This document shows positions 28,882 to 37,212 of a stretch of 64,000 nucleotides of DNA, piece by piece. The translations under genes were made by a program, and so were the position numbers. This DNA comes from Firmicutes bacterium UBA5486 (GTDB lineage Bacteria; Bacillota; UBA4882; UBA10575), in assembly GCA_002427045.1 (NCBI GenBank), contig DIPO01000066.1, positions 6 through 64,005 of the forward strand. Direction: 5' to 3'. Position 1 is the first letter of the stretch; the number at the start of each line of letters is the position of its first letter. The notes under the pieces were generated by a model. The model did no database searches. It was not told the DNA's origin and was given only the letters and a program-made list of their open reading frames with translations.

Positions 28882-29289
28882 ATTTTCTTCTTTATGCAAA
28901 TCCAAATAACGTTCTCCTAAAATCGCAGCTACATAATCATCATAAGGTTCAGATGGGGACTGTAGCCCCAGAGGTATAAGTTTTCTCCATCCTTTCCGGT
29001 TTTCTACCAAAAAACGGCGACGCCCTTCATAACTTGAATAATCTTCATCAATAGTAACAATCTTTAATCCTTTCCCTGCAAACTTCGTTTTAAATAAGGA
29101 ACAAAAGTCTGCCCCTCCCGTGCGATCTCCGATCACTATAGTCTCTATCTGATAAGTATTAATCGCCCATTCTGCTATCTCCAGAACTTTGCAGACTTCA
29201 GAAATTCCCTGGAAAAGCAGAGTCTTTTCACTAGAAAGGACAGCATAACCAAATTTATTTTTCCCTGGATCAATAGCTAATAACGCCAT
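28879..29289 (-). CDS. Putative RNase H-fold nuclease (YqgF/RuvX-like resolvase family)
   Basis: The N-terminal LLAIDPGKNKFGYAVL and the later IVIGDRTGG resemble the YqgF/RuvC-like fold. The call is tentative. Confidence 0.4.
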   Translation of the reverse strand: MALLAIDPGKNKFGYAVLSSEKTLLFQGISEVCKVLEIAEWAINTYQIETIVIGDRTGGADFCSLFKTKFAGKGLKIVTIDEDYSSYEGRRRFLVENRKGWRKLIPLGLQSPSEPYDDYVAAILGERYLDLHKEEN

Positions 29290-29317
29290 ATTATCTTTTC
29301 CTTATTCTCATAATCCC

Positions 29318-29944
29318 CTATTTCTTTAAACGGGCAGCCTCTGAGGAAAGTGCTTGAATCTCCTTAAGCAGACGTTCTCTTTCCACTTCGAGAGCGACTT
29401 TATTCTCCTTTAGACTCTTTGTTATCTTTTCTAAATTAACTAGCTTTTGTTGTTCCAAAGCCAGTTCATCTTTGGTCTTTTTAAGCTCTACTAATTTAGA
29501 ATTATATTGGATACCAACCTTTTCTAGAAGCAACTCAGTCTCTGCCTTTTGCTGGTTAACTTTTTGTAACTCTTCTTCCATCTGGCTTAATAACTCTTCA
29601 GTCTGCTCCTTCTGATTATTAACTTTGACTAATTCAGTTTCAATCTTAAGTACTTCTAAAGTCAATATTCTCTCTTTTTCTGCTTTAACTAATAACTCTT
29701 TTTGTATAGATTTCATTCTAAAAAGAGCAGTTCGTACGTCATTAGAGACGAATGCTAGTAATAAAAGGGTTGTCCCGGAAATAAAGATCCCAGTAATCAC
29801 CGTAATGATCATCGAAGTATATTTGGGTCTTAATCCAAAGATACTCAACCTCTTTTTACCGACCCGCATCCCAACCCGATCCCCCAAAAGGGCAATAAAA
29901 CCACCTAAGATCGCAATTATAAAGACCAGGAATATTCCGTACAT
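29318..29944 (-). CDS. DUF3084-family membrane-anchored coiled-coil protein
   Basis: LGGFIALLGDRVGMRVGKKRLSIFGLRPKYTSMIITVITG matches my memory of the DUF3084 N-terminus. The C-terminus is a heptad-rich coiled coil. Confidence 0.55.
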   Translation of the reverse strand: MYGIFLVFIIAILGGFIALLGDRVGMRVGKKRLSIFGLRPKYTSMIITVITGIFISGTTLLLLAFVSNDVRTALFRMKSIQKELLVKAEKERILTLEVLKIETELVKVNNQKEQTEELLSQMEEELQKVNQQKAETELLLEKVGIQYNSKLVELKKTKDELALEQQKLVNLEKITKSLKENKVALEVERERLLKEIQALSSEAARLKK

Positions 29945-29956
29945 TTACTCCCACCT

Positions 29957-31048
29957 TCAACCGAGATAAAGTGCTTTTCTAAGAAACATATATCCACCAA
30001 ATAAACCCACAATAATATTTTGAAACCAAGCTCCTATGAACGGCGGAACCGTCCCCGAATGCCCTAAAAATGAACCCAGTGCCATCAGCAAATAATAAAT
30101 AATAACATAGACTATGCACAACCCTAATCCAGTAGAAGATGTACGTCTCTGTGATTGCAAAGCCAATGGTGTTCCAAGTAGTGCAAATAAAAAGCTGGCA
30201 AAAGGCATCGCAAGTTTGAGATGGAATTGAACCTCCAGCCGGTTTCTGGTTTTCTTGTTTAAATTGGTGTTTTTAAGATACCATCTCAACTCTGACCAGC
30301 TCATCTCCTCCGGTTTTTGTGCCAATATACTTACTTGCTTGGGGGTATTCTCTAAGCCGGACGGATTATTTCCCTCCGCAACCCGAATCGGAACTACAGA
30401 GTCTTCCTTATAATAAAAAAGCTCTCCTTCATGAAAATACCAGCTATCTTTCCCCCACAACAATTCTTTAGTCTTAATCGTACGGATTAACTTTTCACCT
30501 TTTACTTCCTGAATCATTACATTATGAAATCTCTCTTCCGCAATGTAATATTCTTCGGCATAAACCAAACGTTTTACCCCATTCTTGCCATACTCTGTAA
30601 AAAAATGATTTTTTATAATCCCCTGTGGCTTATGCGAGATTAAATATGCCCGCTCCTTTCTGTATGCCATTTTACCCATTGGGGTTAAAGTCTCATTAAA
30701 GAAAAAAGTTACCATACTTACTACTAAACCAGTAATAAGTACAGGAGTAGCAATCTGAACAAAACTAACTCCTCCAGCCTGCATCGCTATAGTCTCACTA
30801 TGCCCTGTCATCCGCCCTAAACCCAATAAAGTAGCAAGAAGCATACCAATATAGGCCCCATAAGCAATATTTTCCGGAAAAAGATAACTCCAAAGTTTTA
30901 GCACTGTAAAAAACGGAATATTATAAACTTCTGCCCATTGGATTATATTGATTAAGGCAAAACCCAGAAACATTCCACTAAATGCTAACAGCCCAAAAAA
31001 GAATGGCCCTAATATTTCTCTTAATAAATACTTTGTAACAATCTTCAT
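29957..31048 (-). CDS. LptF/LptG-family (YjgP/YjgQ) LPS export permease
   Basis: The N-terminus reads KYLLREILGPFFFGLLAF. The protein has six TM helices with a central periplasmic domain, and it is adjacent to lptB. Confidence 0.8.
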   Translation of the reverse strand: MKIVTKYLLREILGPFFFGLLAFSGMFLGFALINIIQWAEVYNIPFFTVLKLWSYLFPENIAYGAYIGMLLATLLGLGRMTGHSETIAMQAGGVSFVQIATPVLITGLVVSMVTFFFNETLTPMGKMAYRKERAYLISHKPQGIIKNHFFTEYGKNGVKRLVYAEEYYIAEERFHNVMIQEVKGEKLIRTIKTKELLWGKDSWYFHEGELFYYKEDSVVPIRVAEGNNPSGLENTPKQVSILAQKPEEMSWSELRWYLKNTNLNKKTRNRLEVQFHLKLAMPFASFLFALLGTPLALQSQRRTSSTGLGLCIVYVIIYYLLMALGSFLGHSGTVPPFIGAWFQNIIVGLFGGYMFLRKALYLG

Positions 31049-31125
31049 CTTTCTGCTCCTGCTTAAGAATTTACTGATTCATATTTGTAACCACAATAAG
31101 GACTTACATAGACAATTCCTTATCA

Positions 31126-31845
31126 TTACATATTAAATCTATCTCCCAAATAAAACTTGCGCGCCTTCTCATCTTCAGCAATAGCTTTTGCTTCCCCGGA
31201 GACTAATATCTTGCCAAAATACATGATATAAGCCCGGTCGGTAATGGCTAAGGTCTCCCTGACACTATGATCAGTAATTAGAACCCCTAATCCCATCTCC
31301 TTCAAATCCCTGACAATATCCTGTAAATCAGCAACCGCAATCGGATCAACTCCGGTAAAAGGTTCATCCAACAGAATATAACGAGGGTTTTGGGCAAGAG
31401 CTCTAGCAATCTCTACCCGTCTCCGTTCCCCTCCGGAAAGCATATAACCCTTTTGCTTTTTAATACTCAACAGGTTAAAATCTTCTAACAGCTGGTGGCA
31501 CCTATCCATTCTCTCTTTTTTATCCTTAATGATCAGTTCTAGGATCGCTAAAATATTCTCTTCCACTGTTAGTTTCCTAAAAACTGAAGGTTCCTGTGCT
31601 AGGTAAGAAACTCCATACCTAGCCCTCATATGCATGGGTAAATTAGTCACTTCCCGCCCATCAATCTTAATACTCCCCTCAAGCGGACGTTCCAGCCCAA
31701 CAATCATATAAAAAGTCGTGGTTTTACCCGCACCATTAGGCCCAAGTAAACCTACTACCTCACCTGGTTCTACATAAAGGCTAACCTGATCTACTACCCG
31801 TCTTTTACTATATTCTTTTACTAAACCCTCAACTTCAATTGCCAC
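31126..31845 (-). CDS. lptB: LPS export ABC transporter ATP-binding protein
   Basis: GLLGPNGAGKTTTFYMIVGL...YLAQEPSVFRKLTVEENI closely parallels E. coli LptB. Confidence 0.92.
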   Translation of the reverse strand: MAIEVEGLVKEYSKRRVVDQVSLYVEPGEVVGLLGPNGAGKTTTFYMIVGLERPLEGSIKIDGREVTNLPMHMRARYGVSYLAQEPSVFRKLTVEENILAILELIIKDKKERMDRCHQLLEDFNLLSIKKQKGYMLSGGERRRVEIARALAQNPRYILLDEPFTGVDPIAVADLQDIVRDLKEMGLGVLITDHSVRETLAITDRAYIMYFGKILVSGEAKAIAEDEKARKFYLGDRFNM

Positions 31846-32542
31846 CAGAGCTCACCTCAACCTCTTGGAAAAACTTGATATTTGTCGGTCCTACCATTTT
31901 AATTTTTCCAGTATCCAGACAGTAGACAATAACAGTATCTTTCTCCCCTTCTAGGCAACCTTCCTCCCAACGAATAATTGGCGAGCCGGTAATAATAACT
32001 TTCTCTTCATTTTCACTGTAAGTAAGAGTCTCTGCCTTCCCTTCTGTGGTTCCTTGTACAAATCTAAGTTCACCGGTAGCTTCAATAGTATTCTCATTAA
32101 GATTACCTTCCAGATGCCTACCGGATAAAATCCAATCCTTTTTGGTTAAAACAAACCCCCCGTCTGCTTTAAAGAAAGAATCTTGAATTTGGTATATAAA
32201 ACTTTCTGTAACAAGTTTCATTCCTTCAGAAATTAGCGTCGTTTCTTCTCCTTCTACTTGTACATTTACTTCTTTTTTCGCCGCTAATAACTGCTTCTTA
32301 AGATCATAATCAATCTCTACCGCAGTCAAACACATCTGTGGTGATCTATTTAATACTTTTACTGGAGAGCCTAAACAACCCCGGTATATAAAGATTTCAT
32401 TTTTAAGATCAATATCAGTCCAACCTTCATCCGGAACTATTACTTCTAACTCAGTGATAGTATCCATTGCATATGCTTTTGGACAAATAAAGAAAAGAAA
32501 AACAATAGATAAAAATAATATACTCAATAATTTATCTTTCAT
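31835..32542 (-). CDS. OstA/LptA-like periplasmic protein
   Basis: The protein has a signal peptide and a beta-rich sequence. The gene overlaps the lptB start. The assignment rests on synteny with lptC-lptA-lptB. Confidence 0.45.
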   Translation of the reverse strand: MKDKLLSILFLSIVFLFFICPKAYAMDTITELEVIVPDEGWTDIDLKNEIFIYRGCLGSPVKVLNRSPQMCLTAVEIDYDLKKQLLAAKKEVNVQVEGEETTLISEGMKLVTESFIYQIQDSFFKADGGFVLTKKDWILSGRHLEGNLNENTIEATGELRFVQGTTEGKAETLTYSENEEKVIITGSPIIRWEEGCLEGEKDTVIVYCLDTGKIKMVGPTNIKFFQEVEVSSGGN

Positions 32543-32667
32543 GATCTACTCCTTTTCGCAAAGAAGAACTTGTAGAAATTAGTTTCCGAGCTGAAGAGCA
32601 GCTGGTTTAATCTCTGTAAAATATCTTCGGAGCGGAAATTTGTATTTAAATTAAAGAATGTACCTTT

Positions 32668-33240
32668 TTAACGAAAGGTCGACCGCGAATGGCCTGGAAT
32701 TTCAAGCTCACTATCATCCGGCTTAAGGGAAAACTCTTCCGCCTTTACAGTTAAACCACCATAATCAATATTCAGGCTTTTACCTACTATCTCATCTGCA
32801 CGCTGGGAATCCCAACTTAACTCCTTAGCATAAAGATTAAGATCTGGTCCCAAAAGCGTTACTTCCTCAGAAAGATTAAGAGAGGTGAAATCTTCATCAA
32901 GCTGTCCTTTCGCTGCTTCTACCAGATATTTATCACCACTAAGCGTGTAATATTCTCCTTTAATTCTGGACAACAGACGAATCTCCTCTTTCTCTTCCAC
33001 AATTTCGACAAAGAGCTTCCAATTACACCTATTATTTTTGTCTACCAATATTATCTCTACGTTTTTAAGAAATGGTATTTCCTCAGAAACTTCCTTTGCT
33101 TTGCTCTCTTCTTCATTAAGTAGAGGAAGTAAACCAACAGGTTTACTCTTAGGTTGTAAAATCGGAAAGACCTTAATTAAGAAGATGGAAAGGATAATTA
33201 TACTGCTTATTATAATAATAAAGATTGTAGTTTTCTTCAA
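32668..33240 (-). CDS. LptC-like membrane-anchored protein
   Basis: The protein has a single N-terminal TM helix and is 190 aa. Its position upstream of the lptA-like gene supports the call. Confidence 0.4.
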   Translation of the reverse strand: MKKTTIFIIIISSIIILSIFLIKVFPILQPKSKPVGLLPLLNEEESKAKEVSEEIPFLKNVEIILVDKNNRCNWKLFVEIVEEKEEIRLLSRIKGEYYTLSGDKYLVEAAKGQLDEDFTSLNLSEEVTLLGPDLNLYAKELSWDSQRADEIVGKSLNIDYGGLTVKAEEFSLKPDDSELEIPGHSRSTFR

Positions 33241-33324
33241 TTACTCCTCTCCTTTCAGTAATCTCTCCTACATTTTTCAGCTATTTTTCATATTCGCTTT
33301 CCAAACAGGCAATACCTTCTGAAA

Positions 33325-34143
33325 TCACTTGTCAATAATGGTAAGATCATCTATCGCCACAATCGAAATCCCATGTTTTTCTGCTTCCTTTAATAGTTTG
33401 CTTTTTTCCATAATAAAGGTAACTCCTGACTGAACCGTTAGGACTCTAGCTTTACAAGAGATTACAGCTTTCAAGGTTGTCATTCCGATTGCTGGTACAT
33501 CAAACCTCAGATCCTGCTGGGGTTTTGCAACTTTTACCACTACTACACCTTCGCCACCTAATTCTCCCCCACGTAGTATAGTCCGGTCTGTACCTTCAAC
33601 CGCTTCCACTGCCAGTACCATTCCTTTTTTTACTACTACACTCTGCCCAATATCTAACCCGCCCATCTTTTTTGCCATCTTATAGCCCAGTTTAACATCT
33701 TCCTTTTCCTGATCGCTAAGCGATGGCCCAGCTAACAACCCCTTTTCCGGAATAAGATGGCTTAGAAATTCAGTCTGTTTTTCCACTATAATCCCCTTGT
33801 CTGCAAAATAGTGGACAATAGCTAATTGAATCGAATCATCATTCTTCTGTTTTAACCCTGAAAACAGGAGCATGAGATCCTGATCAATACCCTGTCCGGA
33901 AAATAAAGCTTCTTTACTAACCTTCCCAGCCATTACTATTCTGTTAACTTGATGCTTAGTAAATAACTGCAGTATAGAAGCTAGTTGCCCCAGGTTCCCT
34001 TCTTCCACCACGAATCCTTCTTCTCTAAATGTCTCAAGATCGGTTGCCAGACCGATAATCACCGGTTCAATACCCGAGCTTCTCATTCCTTTAGCCACTT
34101 CCAGTGGGAGCAAACCTTTACCCGCTAAAACTCCCCACTTCAT
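33325..34143 (-). CDS. lpxI: UDP-2,3-diacylglucosamine pyrophosphatase LpxI (DUF1009 family)
   Basis: The supporting motifs are LAGKGLLP, IVMAGKVSK, LDIGQSVVVKKGMVLAVEAVEGTDRTI and DLRFDVPAIG. Confidence 0.8.
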   Translation of the reverse strand: MKWGVLAGKGLLPLEVAKGMRSSGIEPVIIGLATDLETFREEGFVVEEGNLGQLASILQLFTKHQVNRIVMAGKVSKEALFSGQGIDQDLMLLFSGLKQKNDDSIQLAIVHYFADKGIIVEKQTEFLSHLIPEKGLLAGPSLSDQEKEDVKLGYKMAKKMGGLDIGQSVVVKKGMVLAVEAVEGTDRTILRGGELGGEGVVVVKVAKPQQDLRFDVPAIGMTTLKAVISCKARVLTVQSGVTFIMEKSKLLKEAEKHGISIVAIDDLTIIDK

Positions 34144-34205
34144 ATTTGTCCCTCCACATAATTATAGTATTTAGTTTTCCTACAATCTAAGTAATTTCAT
34201 TTCTA

Positions 34206-34234
34206 GTAAAAAGACTAGACTTCAGTCTAGTCTT
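34206..34234 (-). terminator. Rho-independent terminator after lpxA
   Basis: A perfect 11-bp stem AAGACTAGACT-tc-AGTCTAGTCTT is followed on the minus strand by TTTTT. Confidence 0.75.
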
Positions 34235-34256
34235 AATTAATAAATTGATTTTAGGG

Positions 34257-35063
34257 TTACCGGCAAATCCCACGCTGGGCATTACGGAGAAAACGAATAA
34301 AATGATCTATCTCTGCCGAACTTTGTAATTCATGCTCCATTTTTTCGATCGCCTGCGCCACCGACAAATTAGAACGGTACAAAATACGGTAGGCTTTTTT
34401 AATCTCATCCCTTACTTCAGGAAGAATATCATTCCTTCTAAGGCCAACAATATTTATCCCTGCTACTCTCGCTGGATTTCCATCCGCAATTACAAACGGC
34501 GGTACATCCTTTACAATTTTGGAACAGCCCCCGATCATCGCCATCTTCCCGATTTTAGTAAATTGATGAATACCGCATAAACCGCCAATTACTGCTCGAT
34601 CTTCTACTACTACATGACCCGCCAGTGCTGTACAATTAGCCATGACTATATGGCTTCCTACTTGACAATCATGGGCAATATGTGAATAGGCCATAAATAA
34701 GTTCTGATTACCTATCCTGGTTTCCCCACCTCCACCTTCCGTACCTAGACTGACAGTCACGTTCTCCCGGAAGGTATTATCATCCCCGATAAATAAAAAA
34801 CTTTTTTCGCCCTTAAATTTTAAATCCTGAGGTTCACATCCAATCGAAGCACCATGAAAAAACTTATTGCCAGAACCAATTTTCGTCCACCCATCAATTG
34901 TTACGTGAGGGCCCACCCGACAACTATCACCCAACTCAACATTTTCCCCAATAAGCGCATACGGACCAATCACTACATCTTTTCCCAGTTTTGCACCGGG
35001 ATGAACAATCGCAGTTTCATGGATCTCTCTTAGCGGTATTACTTTATTCTCAATTACTTTCAT
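34257..35063 (-). CDS. lpxA: Acyl-ACP--UDP-GlcNAc O-acyltransferase
   Basis: The protein has hexapeptide repeats, and the C-terminal helical domain has the LpxA pattern (GLRRNDI...AYRILYRS). Confidence 0.9.
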   Translation of the reverse strand: MKVIENKVIPLREIHETAIVHPGAKLGKDVVIGPYALIGENVELGDSCRVGPHVTIDGWTKIGSGNKFFHGASIGCEPQDLKFKGEKSFLFIGDDNTFRENVTVSLGTEGGGGETRIGNQNLFMAYSHIAHDCQVGSHIVMANCTALAGHVVVEDRAVIGGLCGIHQFTKIGKMAMIGGCSKIVKDVPPFVIADGNPARVAGINIVGLRRNDILPEVRDEIKKAYRILYRSNLSVAQAIEKMEHELQSSAEIDHFIRFLRNAQRGICR

Positions 35064-35109
35064 CCGGAGGCCTCCTTACCTACATGCAAATATACAACGA
35101 CTTTTTATC

Positions 35110-35532
35110 TTATGAACCTAAAACAAACATTAAATCTGCCTCTGCAACTATTTTGTCATCTACTTTAGCTATCCCTCTTGCTTTGCAGAAATTGCCTTTC
35201 ACCCGTATAATATCAATCTCCAGATACATCTGATCACCAGGAACCACCGGACGACGAAAACGGGCCTTATCAATCCCAGTGAAAAACGGAATCTTACCTA
35301 GATGCTCTTCTTCAACTAACAAAGCCAGCCCCGCAGCTTGAGCCATGCTTTCAATAATCAGGACACCAGGCATAACAGGGCGCTGTGGAAAATGCCCACA
35401 AAAATATTCTTCATTATTAGTAACATTTTTTAAAGCAACGATCCGTTTCCGTGGCTCACACAAAATCACCCGATCTACCAACAGAAAGGGGTACCGATGA
35501 GGTAATAACTTTTTAATCTCATTAATCTCCAT
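35110..35532 (-). CDS. fabZ: 3-hydroxyacyl-ACP dehydratase
   Basis: The motifs are LPHRYPFLLVDRV and FCGHFPQRPVMPGVLIIESMAQ. Confidence 0.95.
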   Translation of the reverse strand: MEINEIKKLLPHRYPFLLVDRVILCEPRKRIVALKNVTNNEEYFCGHFPQRPVMPGVLIIESMAQAAGLALLVEEEHLGKIPFFTGIDKARFRRPVVPGDQMYLEIDIIRVKGNFCKARGIAKVDDKIVAEADLMFVLGS

Positions 35533-35544
35533 TATAGACCTCCC

Positions 35545-36381
35545 CTACTCCAAAAGACTCTCCAGCTTTATTGCCAATTCTAAATCCAGTTTATGCCCGG
35601 AACGAATCGCAACAATCTCTCCCTCCACTGGGCCAAGTAGATATAAATCACCTAAAATATCAAGAATTTTATGACGAACAATTTCATCATCATACCTCAG
35701 CTCATTAAGATAGGAATCTTCTCCCACTACAACGGCGGCATCTATATTTCCTCCCAATGCGAGTCCCTGTTTACGAAGCTCTTCTAACTCCCGGGAGAAA
35801 GCAATCGTCCTAGCACCAGCTAATTCCGTCCAAAAATTTTCAGGAGTAATCTCATACTGAGCAAACTGGTTCCCAGTTACTTTATGATCAGAGGTGAAAC
35901 AATAACTAATCCTTAACCCTTTACCTGGTAAAGCAATTAAATAAGAATGGGTAGTATTACCATTCATTACCCAAACCGGAGAAGTTATTCTCCGTACCTT
36001 TCTTGGTTGCTTCTGAGTAGTTAAACCCACCTCTTTTATTTTTTTCGCAAAATACCGGGCACTACCATCACCCAATGGTAGTTCAGAACCATCCACCTCA
36101 ATTAGAAGGTTGTCAACTCTCAAACCGTGAAGGGCAGCCATCAAGTGTTCTATTGTTTGAATCCGCCATTCCTCAGTTCCTAAAGTCATGTTCTTTACTG
36201 TATCAATTACATTCCCCGGTTTAGCCGCAATTACTGGTTTTTCTGATAAATCAGAGCGAGAAAATAAAATCCCAGTGTTAACCGGTTGAGGGATTAGGTT
36301 TACTGACACCATTTTCCCCGAATGTAAGGCTTGACCAGCAATGGTAATCTTATTCTTTAAAGTTTGCTGAAAGCCCTTCAA
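35545..36381 (-). CDS. lpxC: UDP-3-O-acyl-GlcNAc deacetylase
   Basis: The motifs are QQTLKNKITIAGQALHSGK, TIEHLMAALHGL and HKILDILGDL. Confidence 0.92.
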   Translation of the reverse strand: MKGFQQTLKNKITIAGQALHSGKMVSVNLIPQPVNTGILFSRSDLSEKPVIAAKPGNVIDTVKNMTLGTEEWRIQTIEHLMAALHGLRVDNLLIEVDGSELPLGDGSARYFAKKIKEVGLTTQKQPRKVRRITSPVWVMNGNTTHSYLIALPGKGLRISYCFTSDHKVTGNQFAQYEITPENFWTELAGARTIAFSRELEELRKQGLALGGNIDAAVVVGEDSYLNELRYDDEIVRHKILDILGDLYLLGPVEGEIVAIRSGHKLDLELAIKLESLLE

Positions 36382-36459
36382 ACCAACACCTCCAACACCT
36401 GAAAAACTTGTAAAATTGTTATCGTTTTCTAGATGCTTTTTTAGTATATCATGTTTCTT

Positions 36460-37212
36460 TTAATTTTTTAATAGTTTTTTATATTTTTCACCAATTTCTG
36501 ACCGCGGCTCGGTAAATATTTTTTCTGGTGTACCTTCTTCTACAATATTACCATGATCAAGGAGAATAATCCGATCGGCAGCCCGGCGGGCAAAACCAAC
36601 TTCATGGGTTACAACTAACATTGTCGTCTCTTTTTCCCTAACCAAATCCTCCATTATATCAAGAACCTCTCCAACCAAAATCGGATCAAGAGCAGCTGTT
36701 GGTTCATCCCACAGCATCAACCGGGGTTTAAGGACTAAGGCTCTAGCTATTCCTACTCTTTGTTGTTCCCCACCACTAAGTTCGGCTGGGTAACTTGAAA
36801 CTCTCTCTGCCATTCCCACTCGTGACAAAGCTGTAATGCCCTTCTCTTCAGCCTCATCCTTAGATAAACCATAAACTCTTAGGGCAAAGGTAACATTCTC
36901 CAGAACATTTAACCGTCGGATCAAGTTAAATTGTTGAAATACAAACCCAATTTTCTTCCTCATCTCAGCCAATTTAGCCATAGAGATACCGGTTACGTCC
37001 ACACCATCGAAGAAAATCCGACCTTCATCCGGTTCAGTTAAGCGATTTATACACCTTACCAGTGTAGATTTCCCACATCCACTAGGCCCCATAATAATTA
37101 TCGTCTCTCCGGCATAAAGATTAAGGTTAATTTTATTCAAAACCATCCTGCGGTGATATCTTTTTCCCAATCCTTCGATTTTTAGTAAAGGTTCTCTTTT
37201 TTCTGTATTCAC
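36460..37212 (-). CDS. ABC transporter ATP-binding protein of the HisP/GlnQ (polar amino acid) type
   Basis: The protein has Walker A GPSGCGKST, the signature LSGGEQQR, and the C-terminus VTHEVGFARRAADRIILLDHGNIVEEGTPEKIF. Its start overlaps the upstream gene's stop as ATGA. Confidence 0.85.
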   Translation of the reverse strand: MNTEKREPLLKIEGLGKRYHRRMVLNKINLNLYAGETIIIMGPSGCGKSTLVRCINRLTEPDEGRIFFDGVDVTGISMAKLAEMRKKIGFVFQQFNLIRRLNVLENVTFALRVYGLSKDEAEEKGITALSRVGMAERVSSYPAELSGGEQQRVGIARALVLKPRLMLWDEPTAALDPILVGEVLDIMEDLVREKETTMLVVTHEVGFARRAADRIILLDHGNIVEEGTPEKIFTEPRSEIGEKYKKLLKN